Shown piece by piece: positions 39,367-50,434 of a DNA stretch of 64,000 nucleotides. The translations under genes were made by a program, and so were the position numbers. The notes under the pieces are model-generated. The model ran no database searches. It worked only from the letters and a program-made list of their open reading frames with translations, and had not been told where the DNA came from. Position 1 is the stretch's first letter, and each line of letters opens with the position of its first letter. Location of the stretch: NCBI GenBank assembly GCA_050084985.1, contig JBITNC010000001.1, positions 146,816,001 through 146,880,000 on the forward strand, written 5' to 3'. Source of the stretch: Nageia nagi (lineage: Eukaryota > Plantae > Pinophyta).

Positions 39367-40300
39367 GAAATGCAGCAAATAACAGCTATAGTCCAACCCG
39401 ATCAATCCACTTTTCTCGGTGTCCTAAAAGAATACGGCGAACTGAGATTTGTGACAGCGATGTGTACATATCAAAACTGATGCGTTGAATGGGCCTACGA
39501 ATTGTTTGGCAAGATGCACCATTAAGATGCAGTTTCATTGACTGCAATGATCGCGGGATGTGCATTTCTAACTACAGACATGCATGCAGAATATGGGTGT
39601 GTAAAGAAGGCGCATGAATTGTTTAACCATGTGCATGCAACAGACACAGTTCATAAACTTCACTAATTATAGGTTATACAATTCTTGGCTACAGCAAGGA
39701 TTTCTTTAAACTCTTGGATCTAATGAAACACTTGAAGCCCAACCTACCAAATAACCTTAGTATGTGCTCTTCTTGCAAAACAGTCTCACAGACCTAGTGG
39801 ATAAGGATTATATGTATTTTAATAGTGTATGTGACTCTTATTATATTATTCCTTGGATGAATATTTATACATATATTGTCAACCTTTTTGGCTATGTAGG
39901 ATATCTTGAGGACGCTTTGGACATCATTATCAAGATGCTCATAAAACCTAAATTGACTATGTAGATATGTCTGCTTGGTGCATGCAGATCTCAAAAAATG
40001 TAAGAATAAGGGAATGTTTTAACAGTAATTCTTCTGCTCTACTCCATCTTATGTTCTTCTTTCAAATATATTGAATCGAAGTTAACAAAAAGGTACATGT
40101 TTTTCTTGCAGTGGACAGATCATACCCACAAACACAGGAAATCTGAGGTAAATAGGAAAAGTTGGCAGCAGATTAAATTCTAAACACAGTTCCTATGTTA
40201 CATGATATGAAGGCTAACAATAAAGGATTACTTCTCATTGCCTTGGGGTGTTAAAGACTCACTCAGAATCGTTTGAAGTTGTGACAACCTTTAAAGTTTG
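39367..40300 (+). pseudogene. PLS-class PPR (E+/DYW-type RNA-editing factor) gene fragment inside element B
   Basis: EMQQ...QPDQSTFLGVL; AYELFGKM...DAVSLTAMIAGCA; DMHAEYGCVKKAHELF; IIGYTILGYSKDFFKLLDLMK; LVDKDYMYFNSV.DSYYIIP...VNLFGYVGYLEDA...IKMLIKP....*ICLLGACRS; YVLLSNI; IEVNKKVHVFLAVDRSYPQTQEI; MLHDM. Stops, frameshifts and internal deletions are present. Confidence 0.88.
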
Positions 40301-40644
40301 TGCAATTTCATGAATCAAACATAGAGAATGTTCTGTGGAGATTTGTTGGCCATTTAAAATCTAAGAATATTGTGTAATGACATAGCACATGCTTTCAGCC
40401 AGAAATAAAACCATGTTTTCTTTTGATATGCAAAATTTAAAGAGGGGAGATGGCCTACCTCCTCCTGATCGCTCCTTCTCCTTATGATTGAATCAGATAA
40501 TTAAGAAGACCTTTCACCAACAAGATTGAACCTGAAAAGCATACAAACAAATAATCAAACATAAGATAATATGCAAGATATGACCAAAAATTATCAAATT
40601 GGAAAGATACAACTATCACCACATCTTGCAATTGTTGGGAGGAT

Positions 40645-40661
40645 CCCTCCTTCTAGCGCCA
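40645..40661 (-). promoter_or_regulatory. PBS of element B, complementary to the 3' end of plant tRNA-Asn(GUU)
   Basis: Minus strand TGGCGCTAGAAGGAGGG, 3 nt after the LTR CA. The tRNA assignment is from my recollection of the plant tRNA-Asn 3' end (CCCTCCTTCTAGCGCCA). Confidence 0.85.
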
Positions 40662-40664
40662 GAA

Positions 40665-41556
40665 TGTTACAGTGAAAATAGAGCTGGAGTGTAGAATAAC
40701 ATAAAATACAATTATTCTTAGATTTTCACTAAACTTCAAATTATGTAAAATAGGTAGAAAAGTTGTAATTGTAAATTGATATTGATTTCAGCTCAAAATA
40801 CAATTTGCCCTTGGAAGGGACTTTTACAAATGCCATTTGTCAAAATTAGAGTATTAGATCTTCATTGTTTTGATTTGCTTGTTTCTCTCCTTGATATAGA
40901 CAACCTGTAAATCCTACACACATGCAAAAGATAATAACATCAAAGCATCTATGTATGACATGTATTAAATTGAAGCTAGCATAAAACAATAAAAGGTATG
41001 AGCTCACAAGATTTTGGTAGTGTTACCCTACTTCAAAAATGGGTCTAGATCCCTTCTTTCTATTGCTTTGTATTGGCTTGTATTTATAGATTTTGGGTGA
41101 GATGTTCCAAGGCTAGTAAGGGGAAGTGAAAAGCCACTGTAGGTCATAACTGACCCCCTCTATCCACATCATCTTGGAAGAATGAAATATTTCAACTTTC
41201 TCTTGCTATTTTGGTTTCTTGTTCAGCTATTACAAAGTCACCGGTGATTGCTAGACGAACGTCGACGATCATCCTAAAACACCGACGTTTGTTTTGAGTC
41301 GCCAGCGACTGGTTTTCAATTTTTATAATAATATTAAAATGACCGTCAAATAGTCAATTTTTACCGAAAAGGGGTCATGTGACCACTCGTTTTGCATGTA
41401 CTCGATGAGAGCTATCCAATAATAGAGTTTTAAAGCTTGTTTGAAGCTTGTATAAAGAGTTATGATTAGTTTAGTATGATATATGTTAAAAAGATACTTA
41501 TTTTATTTATTTATATGTTGTTAAACTAGATGTAGGGTTTATTTTGAGTATCTACA
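40665..41556 (-). repeat. 5' LTR of element B
   Basis: Direct repeat of 28973-29864, adjacent to the PBS. Confidence 0.93.
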
Positions 41557-43200
41557 AGTTTGCACTCCTCCATTCTAAGCTTTTATAAGTTGGCTTAAGT
41601 TTGGATATGTGCTCTTAATGATTTTATCATTATTCCCAATGATATAATCAATACAAGATTTTTCTCTAATTAAGTACATATAGATTAGAGTGGGAGAAAC
41701 ACTTAGAGAACCTAATATCCTCAAAATAACTTGAACTCTTCTTGTACCAATATCTAGGTGCTTGTTTAATTCCATATAATGACTTCGTTAGCTTACATAC
41801 AAAGGACTCTTTTCCTTCCATATAAAATCCTTATGGTTGAATCATGCAGATTTTCACATCTGAGTCACCATTGAGAAAATTAATCTTAACATAAAGTTGA
41901 AAAACTTTCCATCCCTAAGATGTTGAAAGAAAGGAAGAACTTGACTATGGGATTCCTTGCCATTAGAGCAAAAGGTTTTTTCATAATCAACTTTGTATTT
42001 TTGAGCAATATCCCCAATTAAATTGTACTTGACCTTGTAGATCCACTTATTGCTAATGACATTTCTCTCATTGGGATAAGGAATCAAGTCCCAAGTTTCA
42101 ACACCTCATACTCCACTTGCATGGTTTCCATTTAGCAGTCATGCTTTGAATGATGAGGGCTCATTTTTGTTATTAATTTTGGAAAATAAGGAACTATCTA
42201 AGGTCATACTCATTATTATCTTTGTGTTGGATAATTTTGCTCTTGAGGTGACTTATCTACACTGACATTCAACCAGTTAGGTGCTAGAAGAGTCATCAAG
42301 ATCATCTAAGTCCTCATAAGAAGTAGATTTCTTACAAAGTTCATTGAACTTTACATTCCTCTAGATAAATACTGCTCTAGAGGAAGGAGATTAGATCCTA
42401 TAGCCCCTATGTTGACTATCATAGCCCACAAACAATGAAGGCATAAGCATTACAACTAATGAAACAATGAAGGTATCGGCATAAGATCTCTTGTCCAATA
42501 TATTTCTTTTCTCAAAAATAATGGAGGCATAGGCATTACAAGAAAAGACCCTAAGGTGAGTGATGTTAGGTTTCTTTCCTATCCATGCCTCATACAAGGT
42601 TTTGCCTTCAACTACTTTCGTAGGGTATTTATTCATGGTGTAGATCGTAATGTTTATAGCTTCACCCCATAAGAAACTAGAGAGATTTCCTAACATGCAC
42701 CTAGTAATTTCTTGAATGGTTTTCTTCTTTCTTTTATTAACACCATTTTGCTAAGGGATGTAAAGGATCATAAACTACCTCTTAATCTCATATTTGCAAC
42801 AATATTCATTGAAATCATTTCTATTATATTCACCCCCATTATCAGAAGTTAGCATCTTGATTTTGAAGTCTTTTTTATTTTCAACTACGACTATGAAATC
42901 TTTGAACCTGTCAAATGTTTGATCCTTGTGATCAAGTAGATAACTAGGTGTCATGCTACTGAATTTATTGATAAATGTTAGGATATATGAAGCTCCCCCA
43001 AGTGACTTGATCTGAGACGAATCCATGAGATCAAAAAGAATCAATTGAAGAGGTTCAAAAGCCCTTGTCATATTATCCTTCTCAAATCTGTGCCTTTACA
43101 CTTATAACCCAACACAAGGATTTGATTCTCCATAATATGAAGTATTTTAAACAAAGTAAGGTTAAGCATATTTTTAAAAAAGGTCAAACTATCTATTACA
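41557..43200 (-). pseudogene. Copia integrase and RT N-terminal remnant
   Basis: PLQLI..DL...KSLGGASYILTFI...IKMLTSDNGGEY; FLWGEAINIT.Y..N..PT...TLYEAW.GKKP...HLRVF; FVGYD..HRGYR; NVISNKWIYKVK...DYEKTF. Confidence 0.9.
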
Positions 43201-46200
43201 AATGTCCAATCTCATAGTCATTTAAGCATTATGTTGTCCCAAACAACTAATGTACTAGACTTGAGAGACATTTCAAATACATATACTTTGATCAAAAAAT
43301 TAAAATCTATGCATAAGCCTTTAAGCCAAAAATATTATGTCACTAAGTCAATATTTACTAGCCACATCATGTCAACTTGATCAAGCCCCTAATAATGCTA
43401 TCTTGATTATAGAAATCTATAAGTCAAGATGCATAAGATGGAAGAAAAAAAGTGACAATAATCCATTGACATGGATATTCTTCCTAAAATTGGCATCAAT
43501 CTATAACGGATAAACTTCCCAACAATGGAAGTAAAGTGGAATAAATTATAATTTGGATAAGGGTGAACTTTTTTAACCACTCCAACAATTTACAATTTTA
43601 GAGAAGGGTAAACCCTTTTAACCACTCCATCAAATTCACCTTTCTAGTAAACAAGGATAAACTCCCCAAACATGAAGGTATATTAGAATCAATTCCAAAA
43701 ATCCAAATCATAGATAAATTTTCAACAAATAAGGTGGAATCAAACCAAAAATATGGGTATAAACTTCCAACAATGGAAGGCATTAATCTATTTGCATACA
43801 AAGTTATATATATTGCCAATTTGTATTATGCATAAGATCAAAAAGTTTTATTACTAAGGCCATAAGATAATTTATCAATCTAATTAAGGCAAAAGAATTA
43901 CAATAATACCATGAAAGTGTAGATTTCATTCCATGTATGAGATCAATATTACACTATGTAAAACAATTGCAAGTTGTTGACCAAATTATCCAACCATCAA
44001 TGTTAAATTTATTCAAATCAAGGAAATTAACCAAACATGTTGAATTTTGATCAAGGATAATAAAAAAAGCATGCTTAATTTGTTAAATCAATTTCACATA
44101 AGCAAAAGTTTACAATCAAATCAAATGATATATCCTATACATCCTTGATATTTATCTAAGCCAAGTAACATTTGAGAAGGAATATTTGAGGCTTGCTTTC
44201 TCATTTAAAATTAGGCCTTCACTTGGATGGCCATAAGGAGCTCAAGTCCTACCAATTCTCAACTAGTTCCCCTTGTTTAGTAATATACTCTCATAAGGAG
44301 AAGTACTAACTATTTTTCTAAGGGTGTGACATATGTTAGATTGATCAAATTATTATCTTGATTAGCTTTCAATTGATTCTTTTAGGTTATTAGGATAATC
44401 CCTAAATGGGCATGCATATATTTGGTATCACTACACACATGCATTTCTACCTATATGGAGTTATGTCCAGACCAATAGAGGAATTAGGGGTAATTAATAA
44501 GTACTAAATTTATACCATTTGGATTATCAAATTGAAGGCTCCAATATGCCTTTTCTTCCCCTTATGGCTCCCCAAATAAGTCATGTTACAAAATATACAT
44601 GTAGATGTGCTCATTTTAGGGGGTGCATTTTAAATATTTGCAATTTTGCAAAAATAAAAGCAAAGTGCTTAAAAAATTACATCATCCACAAAATGAAACT
44701 TAAGATTCCAATGGGTTTTGTTACCAATCCCAAGAGAACCTCTTTACAAAAAATGCATGGGTTCATTATTTTTAAGTAACAACGATCATTATTTTAAGAA
44801 ACAAAAAAAATCTCTCCCTTTTAATTAAAAACTTGAACCTTGAAAAAACAAATTCCCTTTCACTAATCATGTACTTAAAAATTTCTCATTTATAATTTTA
44901 CTACTTAAGGGGAAAAATTATCACATTTTTACCCAAGAAAATAATCATTTATCCCCTTTCAATATTGAAGGCACCCAGGTAAAAAAATCATTGCAATTTT
45001 TCCTTAAAAAAATTATTTTAACACTAAGGGAAAAAAAATTGCTAAATTCATCCATAGCAAAAAATTCATTCATCCTCCCCTTTTTTTCTTACAATTTTAC
45101 CTTAGAGGGAAAAAAATCACCAAAAGAAAGAAATTCCACACTTTTAAAAAAAGTGACTACTAGATTTTTCTCCCCCCTCCCCCCTCCCCCCCCCCACCTT
45201 TTTTTTTTAAATTCCCTTTTTGAAGGATAATTAACTCCTCATTAACGTGTTTATAAAAAGGTAAAAATTATTAAGTACTCCTCCTTTTTACTTCAAATAA
45301 TAAATGCCTTTCCAAGTAAAAATGATTCCCCCCTTAAAAAAAAAGGTCAAAAGAATAGTGTTAAGTATTCTTTTACCCTTTAAAATATATTTCACAAATG
45401 ATTTAATTAATTATCACTTTTAAAAAAATATACCTCCAAAGGATAAAATGCTTAACAAATCTTTCCCCTTTGTGTCTAAAGAAAATAATTTTCATCATTT
45501 AAAAAATGATTAAACTATCTAAAATTTAATCCTCCCCCTTTTAAAAGGAATAGAACTATATTAGAAATATTAGTAAAATTGTTTGATTTTTGTTAAAAAT
45601 AAAATAAACAACCAAAAAGGTAAATGAATTATCCAAAGATGCACACACGTAATTAACAAACTCATCCACCAAACCTAATAGACCATGTTTCCCTTATTAC
45701 ATTTGGTGAAACAGTGTCTATGTGTGGTTGAGAAGCCATGCCAAAGGTATATATTTTTGATGTCTCGATTAGACATACATGGGACTTTGGTGGTAGTGCA
45801 AGTCTTCATAAAGGGCACACACATGCAAAGATCATAACCACAACATTCAATACAAAATGGTTAGGAGGGATGAAGGGTGGCAAAGGGAGAGAAAAGGGTC
45901 AAAAAGGACTATAGCAATGATGAGGGGTGTGGTAGGTTGGGGGGGCTAGCTGAGTGGAGCCATGAGTCACCATAAATCCCCTACTAAAGTATGATCTCAA
46001 TGGTTGGCAGGGATCAGGATGGTGCAGTTTGAGAGAGTCACGTGAGTCAAAAAGGGGTTGAATACGGAACATTAAAACATAGCATCCTTATTAAATGGAC
46101 CACCTATGAGAAATGTAATGTTGGAGTACTAGCATGGATAATTCATAATGTATTTACCACTGAATATGGAATCATTGCTTGAACCCATTGTTCCATAGCC

Positions 46201-47252
46201 ATATCCTCATACAGATACAAATCCAAGGCAAGTTTACCGAATGGACTCATAACCACCACCAATAGCAAAAATATCAAAGATGGATAAAACACTAGTGAAG
46301 ATGGGGGCAACAACATTACAACCAATAATGAGGGAAAGCTAGATTTAGAGTGTTAGATACATATATAACTCTTTATCATTTCTCAATAGAGGGAGCAGGT
46401 TGGGTGATGCTGCCTACATCGGGTGGGCTAGGAGGAGTTTTGTAGGGCAAGGTGAGGCAAAAGGAGTCGATGAGGATGAGTTTGAGGGGTAGGCTATCGA
46501 GTGCTTCAAATACCCACCTTGTACTCCACCAAGACCACATCCACAGGTGGACACACCCTTAGGTTTGAAGGTCAATGAGACTAGGAAAGACGAGGCTGAC
46601 CAGATACAGGGCACCTAAAAAAAAAATTCCATAAAAAATGCCCCCTCTAAAAAAAACAAAATTTAATAAATCCCCCCATTATAAATTTAATTATGCAATT
46701 ACAACTTTTTTATGAATGCAAATACCTTCTTTGTTCCAAAATATTAAGGTATTGTAATTGTAAAATTCCTTCTTCTTTTTTCTCTTTTTTTATTACATAT
46801 TTTCTTTTGCATAGTGTAGAAAATAACAATAAACCTCCTTTTATTGTAATACACTATGAAAAAAATATATAACAATTTGTGAAAATTGTAAAAAAAATTA
46901 TAAATTTTACCTTCTTATTTTTGCAAATTTATACTATTTATAAATTTCAATACATTATTGTTATTTTAAAGCAATTTCAAAAAAAATGTAACTAACAAAT
47001 AATGTTAGTACAAATAACTGCATAATAATAATATATTATTCCTTATAAGCAAATTTTGCTAAAACTTTGAACTAACACATAACTAAAAATGTTAGTATCA
47101 TAATGAAATAATAAAAAATCAAGAGGGTAGGAGGTTATACCTTCACTTGATTTACCTTTCAAGAATGAAGATGAACCTCCAAAATTGAAAGGAGTAGGAA
47201 TGTCCTCCAAGATGTTGAGGAGAAGCCTTTAAGGATGGCTCTAAATAGCAAA

Positions 47253-47510
47253 TGAAGGGACTACTATTACAAAACTAATTCCTAATTACCCAAGATCACA
47301 TGAAAGCTCACTTAAACATCAACATAATAGTATTCACACAAGATGACACCAATGTAAAGTGGTTCCTCCAACCATGGGAGTACATCCACTAATCTAAGAT
47401 CTTATTCCTCAAAGAGCACTCTCTTCCAACTAAGTAAGTAATCTCAAGGAGAGGGCCTTCTATTTATAGGCCAAAATCCTCCCTTGGATCACCCTATTAA
47501 CCATTGTACA
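47253..47510 (-). repeat. Truncated 5' LTR of the copia element
   Basis: Matches 26969 onward (with an internal deletion) until ~47505, then similarity stops. Confidence 0.85.
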
Positions 47511-48991
47511 ATCTCATAATCCTCCCTTGGATCTTGAGATTATGAGAGTGTGAGCGCTCCTAAAGGTGGTGTTGGAAGTGCAGCACCTTTAGGAGCTCCT
47601 TAACCATTGGGGGAATGCCTCATGTTTTGTTAGCAAGATCCCATTGGATACCACTCCCATGGAGCTCTCACACTCAAGATAGTGCCATCGCCTACCCCCA
47701 TGGGAGTGAGATTGAAGCTCATTGCGTGCAGTTCAGAGATCGTTGTTAAACAACAAATACATGTTCCATCCAACGATGCATGATCACATGAGGGATTCTT
47801 GGTTAACATCCCCCTTCACTACTCAAGGTGGGAAAATCATTTGATTTCCCTACATCGTAATGAAGGCTAGGGAGATTATCATGATGATGGTTAGGGTGAC
47901 TAAACTGAAGGTGGTGGTAGTGGATGGCCTACTAATCCTAGTACAAGTGGATGGTAGACTACTCTAAATGAGGAAGAGGTGATGATGAATGGATGGGTGG
48001 CAACTTTGTTTATTGCCATTAAACTTATGAATAGTATTGAACCTGATTGGTAAGAGATTTGGAACACACTAGATCATACCCACTGGCTATGTATCTTGCA
48101 AAATGTTTGAAAGCATAATAGTTTAATGAGCATGATCATGTCATTAAGGACACTAAGGAAATTACCTTGGCTCCCACGCCACTAGCCAACCCTTCTCCTT
48201 CTCCTGCCAATGATTAACTACATGTTGTAGTCATTTCTACTATGGGCAGTTAGTACTACGCATGACAATATCTGTCGGATAAATGCTTAGTGCGGTTTAT
48301 CTGTGGATTGGTTGTTGTGCCACAAGTTATGATGGCTTTTTGGTTTTTATAGTGATTTTCGTTACTGTGTTGTGAGCTGGCTATTTTTTAATTTCTACCA
48401 AGTGTTGAGCATTTTGTTGTTGACAAGACTAATGTGTTCCTTTTTTATGATATATGCAGCTTTGCGTGAGATGTAATTTTTCCATCCAAATTACTTTTAT
48501 ATAACTTAAGTTTACAATTCAAAAAATCATTCTCTAATTCAATACTCATTTCTAAGATTTTCTAACCCATTCTTATTAAATCTCTTATTTAATAAAACAT
48601 AATTAAACACAATTCCTTTTCATTCATATTTAGTTACATTTTGCTACTACTTAATTTTGAATATTGTATTATAATATATTATATCAAATAGTTAGATTTT
48701 GCAACCTACCTACTTGCTTTTGGATATTGTATTTTATTTTATTAAAAAATCAGGCCTCCTACCCTTCTTTACATTTAATTTTAAAATTTAATGTCCATTA
48801 CATTTTACTTGATTGCACTTCTACTTCTTTTAGCCACCATTCTTAGAGCTCCTTTGAAGCGTTCATTTTCAATCCTTTGCTAACCTGTGAAGAAAATGCC
48901 TCTAGTCTTAAAGTTAAAATGCTTCTCCTTCTGTTAATTTCCATAGATTTGGAGAACTCCATTGAACCACCTGTTTCAGTTTTGCCAGGCA

Positions 48992-49122
48992 AATTCCAAC
49001 TATCAAATTAACTGCTGCCGACAAAAAAGCTTCTTCAATTCCCAGACTGCCCAACGCAATTCCAACTATCAAATTAACTGCTGGCGACAAAAAGGCTTCT
49101 TCAATTCCCAGACTGCCCAACG
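48992..49122. repeat. 66-bp tandem duplication in the putative PLD promoter
   Basis: Two near-identical copies starting at 48992 and 49058; copy 1 has GCCGAC (DRE/CRT core, 49017-49022) where copy 2 has GGCGAC. Confidence 0.9.
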
Positions 49123-49369
49123 ACCCGAAACGAATCTTGGAAATCACCCATAATAGCCACAAGTTTTTGTTGGTAATTTTCAAAGTTACGAAAGTCGCAT
49201 TTGATATGGTGATGGAAAAGAACTGGAGTAAAAGCATTTTGAATTCCAGATGTAGCTAATCATAACGTATAGGACAATATGACGCATCAACCGATATTTT
49301 TTCCTTCGGCAAGTAAAGCTGGCAATGTGCATCAGATCTGGGGATGCCATGTCGTACCTTACGTGCACT

Positions 49370-49465
49370 CGTATCACTCTTTCCCATTTCTTCAAGCTCT
49401 AGCGAATCTGGATATTATTTGAAATGGAAATGGGTCCACATCTACAATCTCAACAGCTATTCAAG
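49370..49465 (+). other. Probable 5' leader exon of the PLD gene
   Basis: CT-rich start and consensus donor AAG|GTAAGT at 49465/49466, ~1 kb upstream of the ATG, in a CpG-retaining stretch. The TSS and acceptor are not determinable. Confidence 0.5.
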
Positions 49466-50434
49466 GTAAGTCTCTATGCTTCAGTGTAGCTTTGGAATTT
49501 AGTTCGAATTGTACCCTGTTATGTCAAGATAACTACTTAGATCTGTTTTATTTACATTAACGGCATCAGAAGTGTATTCTAGGAAATGGGTAGGGGAGTT
49601 CAGATTTTTAAGTGATTTAAAGGAACTTTTTGTAGGTTGTGGGAGTAAACTGAGTTTGGTTGATTGTGAAAGCGGTCTGCAATTCTGTTTTTGGAAGCTT
49701 GAGGATTGGACATTCGAAAAGAACCCAAAACCGTATTTTAAAGATCACTTTTGGAAACCGTTAATATTTGAATTTGGTATTATTGTGGATCAGGGGTGTT
49801 TGTTTAATACCCACACAGGAAAAAACATAACGTTCTAGAAGATGGGCGTCATAATACCGAAAATTTGAAGTGGATTTTATGGGATCAGGGTGTGGATTAA
49901 GGCAAAATTCAGGGCATTTCTACAAGGAAGATCAAGAAGAGTTGATTTGGATGTTGTTGGTTAAGGGGCAAATTCGGGGTTCAGTGCAAATTTGAGTATA
50001 TATCTAGAAGGAGCACCCTGTTATTGAGTGTAGACAACGAAGGGGATAATAGCCAGTTTCGTTATCAGAAGGTTTGAACTGGTTGTCTCTGGTTGAGGTT
50101 GTCAAGGCCCACGTTCAAAATCTCGTAAGATTTGAATTGGGTGTCATTGATTAAGGGTACTAAATCCCACATTCAAGATCAGATGATTTGCATTGGGAGC
50201 AATGATTAAGGGCCGTGGTTGTATGTTTAGTAAAATCTTGATGTAAACCTAGCAGGAAGAATTTGAGCGTTCACAGCTACAGGCTAGACATTACAACCCA
50301 CTTTCCGAATTCAGGAGATTTGAAAAGGGCCTAAACTGTAACTTGAGTACAAGTTTGAGGATATCCTTGTTAGGAAGAAGCCCCTGTTATCAACTTTTTG
50401 TTAAAACCCCATTATTTTTTCAATTCCAATTACA

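Larger units (their letters stand above)
28973..41556 (-). mobile_element. Element B: non-autonomous Tat-related LTR element encoding only Gag+protease (TR-GAG-like), carrying a PPR fragment
   Basis: Two ~892-bp highly similar LTRs; TSD GGTTT/AGTTT (4 of 5); removal restores copia RT (LRMEEC|KPTM); tRNA-Asn PBS and PPT present; no RT/RH/INT motifs found between protease and PPT. Confidence 0.92.
26969..47510 (-). mobile_element. Decayed Ty1/copia element, split by element B; 5' LTR truncated
   Basis: 3' LTR 26969-27449 with PPT AAGGAGGAG (27450-27458); homologous partial 5' LTR from 47253 with a degenerate Met PBS (47237-47250); INT-RT-RH order on the minus strand. No gag was recognised. Confidence 0.85.

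Noticed and set aside
39367-40300. Functional PPR gene
   Set aside because: Multiple stops, frameshifts and internal deletions; no intact DYW motif.
40645-40661. tRNA gene
   Set aside because: Only the 17-nt 3' end (including CCA) is present, next to an LTR; it is a PBS.
44430-46820. CACTA transposon starting at CACTACAC (~44430)
   Set aside because: No convincing matching TIR, 3-bp TSD or transposase motif was found.
48914-49237. 107-aa minus-strand ORF with a repeated peptide
   Set aside because: The repeat is simply the 66-bp promoter duplication; no recognisable protein.
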